64,000 nucleotides of DNA. Source: the human T2T-CHM13v2.0 reference genome, Homo sapiens. A program made the translations under genes and the position numbers. The stretch lies in assembly GCF_009914755.1 (NCBI RefSeq), contig NC_060925.1; one strand, written 5' to 3'. The notes beneath the pieces are model-generated. The model had not been told where the DNA came from. It worked only from the letters and a program-made list of their open reading frames with translations, and did no database searches. Shown one piece after another: positions 38,236 through 51,639 of this stretch (position 1 is its first letter; each line of letters begins with the position of its first letter).

Positions 38236-38670
38236 ACATTTATCTTTTCAAATCATCAGAATAACTTTAAGGTTGGACATTATTCCATTTTTCAGGTAAG
38301 GGCACTAAGGCTAAAAGAGCTTTAAGAACTTACCCCACAGTTAAATGGCCAGGTTTGTCTGACTTCTGAAGCTGTACCCTTTCTATGTCACACTGCCTGT
38401 CTTTTCTATTCAAAGATGGCCTTTTCATGCAGACGGTGAAGAAAGACTGCTGATTGCATAGTGGATTTCTGTCAGTCATGCAGAAGTAAATAATCTCTGA
38501 TTCCAATAATGTTGTAGCAATTGCTTTACAAAATTATCTTGCACTGCAGCAAAACTGTAATTAACCAGAATCTTCAATTAAACAGAGTTTGTTTTAAGAG
38601 CATTCGGAGGAAAGACATTGCAAAGTTTAAGGCAAAATAGCCATATTACCACCAAACACAAGCTGATGGG

Positions 38671-38968
38671 ATTTTTTTTTTTTTGAGACAAGGTCTCACT
38701 CTGTTGCCCAGGCTGGAGCACAATGGTACAAACACAGCTCACTGCAGCCTTGACTTCCCAGGCTCAAGCAAACCTCCTGTCTCAGTCTCCTGAGTAGCTG
38801 GAACTACAGGCATGTACCACCACACCTGGCTACTTTTTAAATTTTTTGTAGAGATGGGGTCTCACCATGTTGCCCAGGCTGGTCTCAAACTCCTGGCCTC
38901 AAGCCATCTTCCTGACTCAGCCTCGCAAAAATGCTGGGATTACAGGCATGACCCACCATACCCAGCCC
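38671..38968 (-). mobile_element. AluJ element
   Basis: Antisense dimer with J diagnostics (cacagctcactgcagccttgac, ggctcaagc); TSD ggattttt. Confidence 0.93.
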
Positions 38969-39553
38969 ACAAAGGATTTTTAAGAGATGTTTCCAAGGTA
39001 TAACTTTGAATTTTTACACATTGAGCTCCATGGTTTATATTGTCTTCTATGGCATGTATAATAATATTAAATAGAGCTTGTATCAGAATAGTGCCTGGCA
39101 CATAGTAGGTGCTCAGTAAATATGTGAATAAATGAATAAATTAAGGAATGAGAAAAGCAAAAGCCTCAGCAATTTAAGATCCAGGATAATTTTCTTATTT
39201 ATGGTTGTCATATTCTTCCTATGAAGGGAAGATAGTAAATGAATATATTTTAGCTAGGTTTTTCACTATGTAGGTCAAAACAACAAAAGAAGAGTGTTCT
39301 TATCCTTGCTAAACTAGACAATTCATTCAATCAAAACAACTTATTTCCCAAATATACTGGTAAAATATGCATATTAGCCTAGTTTTTAAAGTTTCTATTG
39401 AAGTTTAACATATACTTGTATTTATATTTAACTATAGATTTGGCCACATTGAGAAAGAAGATCGACAAAGTTGGTTGAAATGGAAGTTTTGAGCTTATTT
39501 GTAAATTATAAATATTAGAATTATCCCAGTCTACATTAAGATTTCAGATTCCC

Positions 39554-39921
<368 letters not shown>

Positions 39922-40344
39922 CTAACGTATCATAATTTTAATCAAGTTTAATTTATTATCATATTTGTTATATCAAAACAAAAGTAGAATACTCATTTTT
40001 GGAGTGAAATGTACATTTTTACTCAGGGAAAAGGTACCACTGGAATTGTATAGATCGCATCCTATACTTCTAGGTCTTTATTTTCATAATAAAAATTACA
40101 TTTCTAATATTGTTTTCAATATTTTAATAAATAAAGCTCTAATATGAAGAATTTAAAGATGCACAACTGAAGGAAATTAAATCTTACCTCTCCTTCAAAA
40201 AAATCAAATCATTATTTGTATTACTGTTTATAATGTCTGATCTGCTTTTGGGCCATGCTGTAAACAGGGCCAGAAAATGGGGGGGGGCGGGGATGGAAAT
40301 CAAGCTTGAGTTTCCATTGCAATGAAATTATGATTTGGTTATGA

Positions 40345-40645
<301 letters not shown>

Positions 40646-41059
40646 AGTTTGTATCATGTTTAGTTACATCCTCACTGTTTATGAATGTAGGTCTAATATC
40701 CCACTGCTTCTAAAGGAATCCGTATGGGAAATTTATATTTATTAGCAATCTCAAGGGTTTCTGATGGAAATGAATCGCATCCTGAGACATGGATGAGATT
40801 ATTTTAGTACTAGAAGTTTTGATACATTTAATACAAAGTTGTTTTCTACCATGGCATAATATTGAAAAATTTGAAAAATCCTGGGGTGGGTTAACAATTA
40901 TGTTAATATTAAAGATTATAGATTTTTCAGAACCCCTTTTTGACAAGACTTGGGCTTCTGGAGACTGCGATTACAACTGTTTGCATATCTATCTGGCTGG
41001 GGAAGCACAAAGTCACACTATTTTTTGTTTGGGGAACCTTCTCTGATTCTTGAATCACA

Positions 41060-41520
41060 TAAAGAATAGCCACAGTAAGCCTGGTGTAGAAACACATCTT
41101 CACAACAGGTTTTAGAAGAGGAGGAAGTGCTGCATGCATTGTGCATCTATGCAAATTCACATGACTCTGTGTGGGGGCACTTTATGCAGGAGAATCCATC
41201 TAGCGTTGCTTTCCTCCCTGAGTCTCTGAGGGTTGGGCTTCCTTCCTGCTGTAAAGTGGGGTGGGAATCTCTCTGAAACCACTCTATTTCCCTGCCTTGT
41301 TTTTTAACTCCCTGTGAGCTATGCACTAGATCAAGCTCATTCTCTTTGTTGACACGCTCAGCTTTGCCTTCTCATGCATCTGACTTCAATGTTTTTCATA
41401 GTCTTCAAATGAACTTTGTATGAAACAGAGCAGCTGTCTGTAACAGATAACAGCAAAGCACCCAGGTCATAGACCAGTGTGGTCAGCCGCCCCTTCCTAA
41501 GCTGCAGTCTGCTTCTTTGA
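41060..41520. promoter_or_regulatory. Candidate enhancer (ETS/PU.1, octamer, SOX, E-box-GATA composite, RUNX, KLF/SP)
   Basis: GAGGAAGTG 41121, CATTGT 41137, ATGCAAAT 41149, GGGGTGGG 41258, CAGCTG-N8-AGATAA 41431-41450, TGTGGTC 41478, CCGCCC 41487 in a non-repetitive island. Motif evidence only. Confidence 0.45.
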
Positions 41521-42333
41521 GGATTACCTGAATTCTCAACTGCCAGAGTTCAAGAAAATCTGATCATGGTTTGATTCCAGGAGAGAGAGAAAAAAATCAG
41601 TTTAAAATTCAGAGTATTAATGTAATCATTTATGAAAAAAAGAAACCTTTAAAAGTCTGTTTCAGAGAGTTTAAAGAGGGAAAGAAGCAGGAAGGAAATC
41701 CCCTCAACAGTTTTATTTAGAAAAAATAAAATTATGTCTATGCCACCTCCATGCTGACAAAAATAATGCAGAAGAAGGACTTGGTGAACACATTTTTAAT
41801 TAGATCACTGATGTTCACAGGATCAGGTACAAGAGCACTGGACATAGTCTACTTGATTTATACTCATTACTGCATACTTAAAAGAATTTCACACACTGTG
41901 CTGCTCCTTCTCAGGCAGCTTAGTGGTTATTGTGGATCATGAACCACACCTTTTTCATCAGATAAAACTAAAATGTGATGATGAGGGGAGAAAAAGCCCT
42001 ATGTTCATTAGCCAGTGCTTATAAAAATATACAAGACATCAGATATCTGAGATGAAAATCTATTTATTAGACTTTTCATTAAGTTTGTGGCAACACTTTA
42101 AACAGTAATATTGCTTATCAAGTCACCTTTTATTGGGCTAAAACCTCCTGCAGCATCTAAGCTGAAAGAAGTCTTCACTGATTCATGCTTACATTTGAGT
42201 TTTTAAAACAGCACCTCTTCAGGTAAATTACTTTGACAGTTATTTTGCATACACCAATAAAACTTCACTTGTGCAGTGGACAATCTACATTAACATATTT
42301 GATGGTCCTCCAAATTCCCAAAGTCCTTTTTCT

Positions 42334-42711
42334 TTTCTTTAAAAAAACTTTTTTTATTTCCATAGTTTTTGGGGAACGGGTGGTGTTTGGTTGCATGGAA
42401 AAGTTCTTTAGTGGTGATTTCTGAGATTTTAGTACACCTATCACTTGAGCAGTGTACACTGTACCCAATGTGTATTCTTTTATCCCTCATCCCCTCCCAC
42501 CCTTCCCCCTCAGTCCCCAAAGTCCATTATATCATTCTTACATCTTTGTATCCTCATAGCTTAGCTCCCACTTATAATTGAGAACATATGATGTTTGGTG
42601 TTTGGTTTTCCAATCGTGAGTTACTTCACTTAGAATGATGATCTCCAATTCCATCCAGGTTGTTGCAAATGCCATTATTTCATTCCTTTTTATGGCTGAG
42701 TAGCATTCCAT

Positions 42712-42749
<38 letters not shown>

Positions 42750-42840
42750 TGTGTGTGTGTCACATTTTCTTTATCCACTCATTTGATGGGCTTTTAGACT
42801 GATTTCATGTATTTGCAATTGTGAATTTTGCTGCTATAAA
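42334..42840 (-). mobile_element. L1PB 3' end containing a (TG)n tract (42713-42760)
   Basis: tttggggaacgggtggtgtttggttgcatggaaaagttctttagtggtgatttctgagatttt; perfect 16-bp TSD ccaaagtcctttttct (42318-42333 / 42841-42856). Confidence 0.93.
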
Positions 42841-44789
42841 CCAAAGTCCTTTTTCTAACCCAACTGAAGCCCTTAAATTCCTAGTATATAGAAATTTGGA
42901 AGCTACCACTGTCATCAGATCTTTTGATTCTAGCCTTAAAAAGCTCTAGAATACCCTCTTTTTTATCCTCACCACTAATGACACATGACAAGCCTTTGAA
43001 GTCACTTCTAGGAAAGCTTCTAACTCATCTGATTGCCTCCTGTCTACTCTTTACATTGATGATGGAATCGTCCTTTTAAAAGTGGCACTGATAGTTTCAC
43101 TCTTCTTCTTAAGAACCTTCAGAAGAGTGAAAACAAAATAGGTTACAAGAGTGACATGATATTTAATCACTTTAGCCTCTGAGGCACCTGGGTGGGAGAA
43201 AGCAGCTAGAACCCCAGTTAATTGCCTCCGACCTGAAGCAGCTTCTGTCGGTAACCCAGCATATTATACAAATATTACTATTTTTATTTAGGTCACTACA
43301 TAAAAGCTCCAAAAGCACTGCTGTAAAGCAACGGTTCTTAGCTGAGACCTGAGAACTCCCAGGAGAGCAATGTATGGGCGTTAAGATATTTGAGATACTC
43401 CATAGGTTTCTGGGGAGTGGATCCATAGGAATTATCTATTCTTGAGGGGACTATACCTGTTAAAAAGTTAAAAACAGATCCACAGTACACGTTGGTTTTA
43501 AGCGGTTCTATACTATCTGCATAACCTCAGCAATAACCATTTTTTTCCCCATGCATCTTGCATTCCAGTCACTGCAGGCTACTTGGCATTCTTTTCAACT
43601 TACAGAGGTTCTTCAGCCCTTATCCTTCTGCAGCGTTATCTCCGTAGCGTCCTATTTCTTACCTTAAGCTTCAGCAGTGATGAATCGTTGCCAGTTCTCT
43701 GAAATCATTTTCAAGGGTCAATGCCCTGTCATATGCTATCATCAGCTTGGAATGCTCTTACAATCTGCCTGGTGAACTCCTCCATATCGGTCAGCACCCA
43801 CCTTAAACTCCGCTTCTCTATAAAACCTCCTCTTACTCCTCCCAGAAGAATTCATTGCTCTTGTTTTCATGTTGCCACTTCATTCAACATTAATTTCATT
43901 AATTTCTACTCATTCTAATGAGCTTAATATGTTTCTCCCCACTAGACTTTATGCTGCTTGAAAGTAAGATCTCTAATTTATTCATCTTTATATGCCTAGC
44001 ATATTGTTTTTAGTTGACACTTAATATACATTTGTTAGATGGTTGCTCGTCTATCCCCACTTCCATATGTGAAACTTGGACTTTCTTTGAAGATCTGGGT
44101 AAAATGCCACTTCTGAAAAACCTCTTGACTCCCCCAGGTCAGGGGCTACTCTCTCCTCTATAACACAGTAGTTCACACACAAGTCTACTGCATCAGTTAT
44201 ACCCAGTTTCTTACCTTGCTCAGGCGTAGAACTGAGGGACTTCAGTTTGCAGGCTCAGCCCTGCTCAGTGCCTTGGCTTAATCCTGACAAAGGAAGCAAT
44301 TGCAGCAGTGATTTCAGACCCACCAGTGAGTGTCTTACCATACCCCCCTCAACACCACCACCACCACCAATAACAACTCCTTCATTTTTTCAGAGCTCTC
44401 CTATCTTTACCTGCCAGCCTTCTCTCTCTAGAAACTGAAACTGTATAGCCCTTATCTGGGAGGCCTATTCCATATGAGAGGATTTTGCAGGAATCATTAC
44501 ATTCTATCTTTCTACTCTTAGTATTTCTACCCCACCTTAGAAATCAGTGCTCAACCAGATATTGCCTAATATTGCAGACTGAACTGCTTACCACTATGTT
44601 AAGGAAGAATGACCTTACAGCCAGGGTAGTTTTTCTGACCAAGGTCAGCTATGTCTGTTTTCTGCTCTGTTCTTCCCCCAAAGTGCCTGGAGCTAATTGT
44701 ACAGTCACAGTGTTTAACAATCCATAATGCTTAACACAATGATTTATCATAGTAGATACTTAACATGAGCGAATGGACAAATGAAAATC

Positions 44790-44937
44790 CAGTTATGTAT
44801 ATATAGAACTGGATGTTTAAAATTATATATTCATATATATACACATATGTGTATATATATGAAGTATATATGTATTTTTATATAAGCGTATATATGTATT
44901 TATATATATAAGCATATATATGAACTATATATATGAA

Positions 44938-44989
<52 letters not shown>
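44790..44989. repeat. Compound (TA)-rich / (CA)n / (TA)n microsatellite
   Basis: Directly visible. Confidence 0.9.
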
Positions 44990-45714
44990 GAAGTAATGAG
45001 AACTGTGGTGAAAACCTTGTTTACAGGAGACAGCTATTCCTTGGCCCTAGTCATTTCTCGACACATGAGAACATGGGCCCAGGAATACCAGATTTTCTAC
45101 CTTTTCAAGAAAAACTGAACACTCAGATTTTTCTGTGAATTTTTTGATATTTTGGCTGGAAGAAGCATGGTTCATGTCCAGTGCACCTGTACAGGATAAA
45201 GCAGATTAACATGTGGTTAAGTCAGATATTAACAAGGGTATAACATATAGGCCAGTTCTCCCTCTGTGATTTTTAGTGCTAGCTGAGTGTCAGTATTTCT
45301 GGAAAGAAGGGACAGCAGCAAAAATTCCATGCACAGGAGTTATCATGATAGAAACCGGCTTGATTCTTTTGATACTCTGCCACTGTTCTCTTCAGCCGAT
45401 GATATGCCAATGTAAGAAGATCCAGGAAGTGAGCCACTGGTGGCATTAGTAATCTGAGACAGATAATTTGAGTTATGTTGATTGAAGAATAACTGTGATC
45501 TAGTAAGGAGATTAGTATGATTCCTTTATTATCTCCTGCCAATGGCTTATTAGAAGAAGAGCCTGGCACAATATGGGCTCAATAAATACTTGTTGAATGC
45601 ATGAATGAATGAATGAACAAATATATTGTTCTGTATTTATGGAAATTTTTGGAAAAGAATTCAGTATTTTTTTCTGTGCAAATTTTCCCTAATCAAAAGA
45701 GCCTTACCAGGTAT

Positions 45715-46262
45715 AGTGAAGACATTATGCTAAGTGAAATAAATCAAACACAGAAGGACAAATATTGTATGATTTCACTTACATAAAGTACCTAGAATAA
45801 CCACATTTATAGAAACAAAAAATAGAATGGCAATTACCAGGGGGTGGGAGTGTCGGTAACGGGGAGTTGTTTAATGGGTAGAGTTTCAGTTTGGGAAGAC
45901 GAGAACTGTCTAGTGATGGATAGTGGTGATGCATGAACACAAATGTGACATACTTAATCCTACTGAATTTTACACTTAAAAGTGGTTAAAATGATGGTCT
46001 TGGGAAAGGCTCCTGTGTTGTTGAACCTGCTCAGTTGTGGGTGCAGCCTTGTACCAGGCAGCCCAACCCTGACCTAAAGTAAATTCCCAGGAAAAGTCTT
46101 TCCTAGGTTGTGAATTTGCAGTAATAGGTGTGTGCATCCTAGCAGCAGTTTGATGATCATGTATGAAACTGCAAACAGGACAAAAACAAACAAACAAACA
46201 AACAATAAATAAAATGGTTAAAATGGTAAATTGTATGTAATGTATATTTTGCCATAATAAAG
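45715..46262 (+). mobile_element. L1MA/MB 3' end, host of the scaRNA retrocopy
   Basis: gacattatgctaagtgaaataaatcaaacacagaaggacaaatattg...tacacttaaaa[insert]atggtaaattgtatgtaatgtatatttt. Confidence 0.85.
45996..46180 (+). pseudogene. SCARNA16: Retroposed copy of H/ACA scaRNA SCARNA16 (ACA47), including the miR-6516-like 3' hairpin
   Basis: Two-hairpin H/ACA layout: 5' stem ggtc-ttggg...cccaa-gacc, H box AAAGTA 46076-46081, 3' stem tttgcagt...actgcaaa, ACA 46175-46177 three nt from the end. Arms resemble miR-6516-5p/3p as I recall them. A-rich tail 46181-46210; 17-bp TSD aaagtggttaaaatgat / aaaatggttaaaatggt at a TT/AAAA site. The symbol names the parent gene. Confidence 0.85.
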
Positions 46263-46397
46263 AAGTGAATTATTCATAATTGTGATCTGCATTTCTGGTT
46301 TATATGGGGTTTTTGGTCAGGCTCCTTTTGCCTTTACCCTACTTCCACCCAAATTAATTTGTATATCCCCTGTATATTTGTACACACATAAAAATGG

Positions 46398-46440
46398 CGT
46401 GTGTGTGTGTGTGTATGTATGTGTGTGTGTGTGTGTGTGT
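46398..46440. repeat. (TG)n microsatellite
   Basis: Directly visible. Confidence 0.9.
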
Positions 46441-46522
46441 AGGCACTTAGATAATCCAGAGACTGAAATAGGTAGGAAAAGTATACATTAATCTCTTTGC
46501 AATTTCACAACTTGGTCTTTAG

Positions 46523-46906
<384 letters not shown>

Positions 46907-47169
46907 TAAATACTGATGTCATGTGGCAATTCCCATTGCATGGATATTGTCTATTGGGATTTGTTTATCGGAAGTACTGCTTCTGACTTTCAGAAGAATA
47001 TGAGAAAAAAGCATGATGTCCACCTCTCTTTCTCCAACCTCATTTCTAATCACTCCATTAAGTCTCATATAACTTCATGCCTGGACAATTATATTAGTGT
47101 TCTACTTTTAACAGTTAGCTCATTCAATGTATACTGCACTATTCAACCATATTGATTTTCTGAAACATA

Positions 47170-48130
47170 ACCTTTTCCTAATAGATGACTTTATTTCCGA
47201 TTTCACAAAGGTTATATCAAGCATGGGTGCTCTTAACTTCCTGCCCTTCCCCTACTTCTAGATACTTCTATAAACATCTCTGCATGCTGTGACCTTGCCT
47301 GCTTTCCCTGTTCCAGAAGGAGAGTTTCACACTCCTACTTCCTAGCTAAGGCTAATCCAGCCACCTGTGCTCCGGCTTTCATTCCCTCCCACCTTCTCCA
47401 AGACCTACAGCTATCAGCTGCCTCTTTTCTTTCCTGTGTCTTTAGCTTCTTCCTCTCTTTCAGCTCCTTCCCTCTAGCCTATAAACAAGCTCCAGTCTTT
47501 TGCAGTTTGCAAAACAAACAGTGCTTTTCTCACCATCCTGAATTTCTCCTTCTATTCATTCTTAAACCTCTTGAAAGATTGAGGTCTGTTCACTTTCTCC
47601 ACTTTCTTCCCACTCCTACAGGCTCCTGCCACCCCTCAACTGAAAGTGCTCTATGAATGTTACCCATGGCTGCTTAGGTGCCACATCCAGTAGGCAGTTT
47701 TCATTATTTATTTATCCAATCTGTCTGCAGTTTTGACAAGTTGGTTTTTAAAATCTTTCTTTCCCTGGATTCCAGGGAACCACTTCTCTTAATTCTATAA
47801 TTGTTCCTTGTCCCTTTTCCTCTGTCTACCCTCAACTATTGTGCATCCTATTTTGCCCTTTGGAGTCCCTTCTCAGCCTGCACAGAGTTGACAATTCCAG
47901 GCCAATGGCATCACCATAGGCTAATGACTCCAAAATGTCTCCCTCAGCCTCAGCATTCTCCCGTTTTCTAAACTCAGTTGCAAACTGAACATGGCCACCT
48001 GGATGTGCAGTATAATTCCCTTTCCCCTGAGCTACCCCCCAACCCCTGTTTTCCATAGCTTGGTACCTGGCTATCAAGTGCCCATGTAGAAACATGGAAA
48101 AGATTCTATTGTCTTCGTTTTCTAAATACC
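47170..48130 (+). mobile_element. L2 fragment
   Basis: aggctaatccagccacctgtgctc...tttcttcctctctttcagctccttccctctagcctataaaca...atgactccaaaatgtctccctcagcc. Confidence 0.7.
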
Positions 48131-48394
48131 TAATCCAATTAGGATTGTGTGTTGTGTGCATTTCAATAAAGTATGTCTTTAAGACTATTTCCCTTATTTG
48201 TGTATCCTGCATGGCTCTTTAGCTATTTAGCTAATAGTTGTTTAACTATTCACTTCCTCAAATAAGATGGCACCACATTAAGAATCTTATAAAATATTCT
48301 TTATTTACTATAAAACTGTCTGTAGTAACTTCCAAATCTTTTTTAAGAACATCTGGAAATTTAGGCCAGAAATTTGATTTATTAATAATTAAAA

Positions 48395-49148
48395 TATAGC
48401 AATGAAATAGCATTTCACATCTATTAGGAAGGCTACTAAAAAACAAAGAAAATAACAAGTGTTGACAAGGATGTGGAGACATAGGAACTCTTGTGCACTG
48501 CCATTGGAAATGTAAAATGGTGCTGCCATTGTGGAATGCAAAATGGCGATTCATCAAAAAATTTAACATGGAATTCTCATACTATTCAGCGATTCCACTT
48601 GTATGTCTATACACAAAAAAATTAAAAGTAAAGACTGAACAGATATTTGTACACCAATGTTTATAAGAGTATCATTCACAATAGCCAAAAATGGAAATGA
48701 CCCAAAGAACAATCAATGGATAAATGAATCAGCAAAATGTGGTATATACATACATACAATGCAATATTTTTGGCTTTCAAAAAATTAAAATTCTGATACC
48801 TACTACAACATGGATGAACCTTGAGGACATTATGCTAAGTGAAATAAGCCAGACACAAAGGACAAATGTGATTCCTCTTATCTGAGGTACCTGGAATAGT
48901 CAAATTCATAGAAACAGAAAGTAGAATAGTGGCTTCCAGGAGGTGTGGGGAAGGGATAACAAGGAGCTATTTTTTACTGAATACAAAGTTTCTATTTGGG
49001 ATGATAACAAAGGTTTTGGAGATGAATACTGGTGATATTTGCACAACGACATGAATGTATGTAACGCTGTTGAATTGTACACATAAAAATGGTTAAAATG
49101 GTAAATTTTATGTACCTTTTCCTACAATTAAAAACATTAAAAAAAAAT
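48395..49148 (+). mobile_element. L1MA/MB 3' region
   Basis: aaataacaagtgttgacaaggatgtggag...acatggatgaaccttgaggacattatgctaagtgaaataagccagacacaaagg...A-tail. Confidence 0.9.
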
Positions 49149-50932
49149 CGAATTTTTCAAAACTTTCATTTCTTTAGTGTTCTGGAAGAATTTACTCTGT
49201 CCTAAATGATACAAGGGAATGGGAACTAACTGAAGCACGTGATCTCTTGGCAAAATCAGAGATGTCAACGGGCAATTTGAAACCTCTGGGTGAAAAGAAA
49301 TAGAGAGCATCTGTAGATGTGAGGGTGATCTGCTGCAAAACCTGTCCCTCTAGTGATTGCAGAAATTCCTTCCTTCCTTGTCTGTTTGCATCTCCCCAGA
49401 TGTATGGCAGTGGAGTGTGAGTTTCTCAGCTTGAACTGGACTCTTCATACTTCTGTTAATGGAAACATAAATACAGTGCACCCAATAACAAAATAGAACT
49501 ATTCCTAGAAAAAAAAAATGTTTAAAATACATACATTCATAGAGTAATTATAAAGCAATCCAAACGCTGAATAACAGACAAAAGCAACTCAAGATCAGAA
49601 CAAAGCTTTTGGGACCTCTAACAGGGAAATATGTGTATGATTGTTAAGCTCCAAAGTAAATAAAGCATGAAAACCCAAAACTGCTTATCTGTGTGGTTTT
49701 CATAGTGTCAATATATATGCAGAGTTGGTCTGACTGCACTGAAGGCCATTAAAGGTCATGGAAGTAAAAACAAAAGTCAGACTGTCTGTGTGAAACTTTG
49801 GCAAGCAAATGCCAACTTTCTTCAACATTTTCTCAGTTCTGAAGAAGTGAGCGAGAGGTGGCAGTAATGGTCTTTCTCTCTCTCTCTCTGTCTCCCCCTC
49901 CCTCCCTCTCTCTCTCAATTGTAAATTAAACCATTATTTTCTTTGTGCCCCCACAAATAGAATTCAATATTACAGTGAAATTTGCCAATGAAAGAGATGA
50001 CCTGTTCCTTTTAATATCTGTTTATTTTCATGCATATTGCACCAAAGTTAAAATGAGAACTTTGTCCTTTTAAATTGACCTGCTTTGGGGAAAAAATAGG
50101 CACTCTCTTAGAAATGGCCTCCTCCTCGTCAAATTAAAATTGCTTCAGATCAGCGAAGACCACAAGAATACTCACTGTAGCCACATAGAATCAGGATGCC
50201 AGAAATAGCAAATCACACATTTTTCTTTAGTTGTGCAAGACAGCTTTTTAGTACAGATCAGGAAGCTGCTGAAATGTTAGGTTGATATGGGTGACAAATT
50301 ATATTGGTTGAAAAAGTAGCTACACTCAGTGGGATGAATTTGCCTAGGTATTTACATTTACTCAGCAACTGGGTACTGAGGATAGCGTTTTGTTTTGTTT
50401 TGCAGAGGGGTGGAAAAGTATGGAAATGAAGCAGTATGTTAATTCTACAAGCATTTAAGGAATGATTACTGTATGTGGGACACTATGCTAGGTACAGTTG
50501 TGAGTTACTTAAAGCTCACAAGTGTTGAGTAATTTCCCCCAAGGTCTCATTGCTAATAAATAACAGAACATAGGCGTTTGTAATTCTAAAGTCCATGTTT
50601 TTAACCTCTATTCTATGTTAGTGCTCAATTACATTTGTTAAAAGGGCAAGGTTCTGCATTATATGTTCCTCTATCTGGACTCCCCCCATAACACCTGGAT
50701 CAGTCTTCCCCAATACAGTTTCCCTTTCCTCAGTCCTCTTCTACGAACCAAGACATTCAACAGGTCTTACTCATTGACCCTAAGTTCCATATACCTGTGT
50801 TGCTGCTACTACAACTACTATTGCTACAGTTAATAGCACTAGTTCTATTACAATGTTACTGTTACTAACAATGAGAATTGATAAAATTCATTGAGTACTT
50901 ACTGTATGGATGGAACTCTGAAAAGAATTTTG

Positions 50933-50965
50933 CACTTGATCTTAGCCAAAAGCCCAAGAAGTGAT
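50933..50965 (-). pseudogene. U2 snRNA 5'-fragment retropseudogene (U2 nt ~1-33)
   Basis: Reverse complement atcacttcttgggcttttggctaagatcaagtg vs U2 5' end ATCGCTTCTCGGCCTTTTGGCTAAGATCAAGTG (30/33; two differences are CpG decay). Degenerate TSD tgaaaagaattttg / tgctaaggattttg. Confidence 0.9.
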
Positions 50966-51019
50966 TGCTAAGGATTTTGTAAGCCTTATTTCATGTAACA
51001 CTTTCAGTAGTAGTTGGAG

Positions 51020-51245
51020 ATGCATGCGCTGGAAATAGACTTTTCTGGGGTTAGGTGCTAGCCTCTTTATTCATTAGCTGTGTGGCCATGGGCAAGTTGT
51101 TTAACTTTCTGGACTTTTGATTTCCTCACTTGTAAAAATGAAAATAATAAAAATATCTAAGAGAAGTTTGGAGAAAAATACATAATGTAATTTAAAGAAA
51201 TGGCTAGCATACCTGATAAATATTAGCTATAAGTTGTCATCACTA
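51020..51245 (+). mobile_element. MIR SINE
   Basis: ttagctgtgtggccatgggcaagttgtttaactttct...tttcctcacttgtaaaaatg. Confidence 0.8.
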
Positions 51246-51639
51246 TTAATAAAAATACTATTAATAGTTTCATCCATTGGTAAAATCCCTGCCGTGTTCG
51301 TACTGTCCAGCTATGAAGAATTTTACCTTGGCTTATTTTTTATAACTATTTTTTTTTTAATTTCAGTTCCCTGTGTGAAACCCTATTTTGATCCCCAGTC
51401 CAATTTTCCGGATTGTTAGCCGTCTGTTTTATTCCAGGGGACTGGATCTTGTCCCTAACCGCTGCTCAGCCTCTGGCTGGGTTGCTGCACATCACCCACT
51501 TCTGCCTAACATCTCACCTAAGGTAGGGCATGCATCATTATAGCTACAGAGGAATCAAAGGTGAAAAGAAATAGTCCTGTCCTAAAACAACTTATAATCT
51601 TTAAAAAATAGAAAATATCATATCAGACATAACTTATAC

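Noticed and set aside
41137-41156. Pluripotency SOX-OCT composite
   Set aside because: Spacing is 6 bp, not the directly juxtaposed canonical arrangement; kept only as separate motifs
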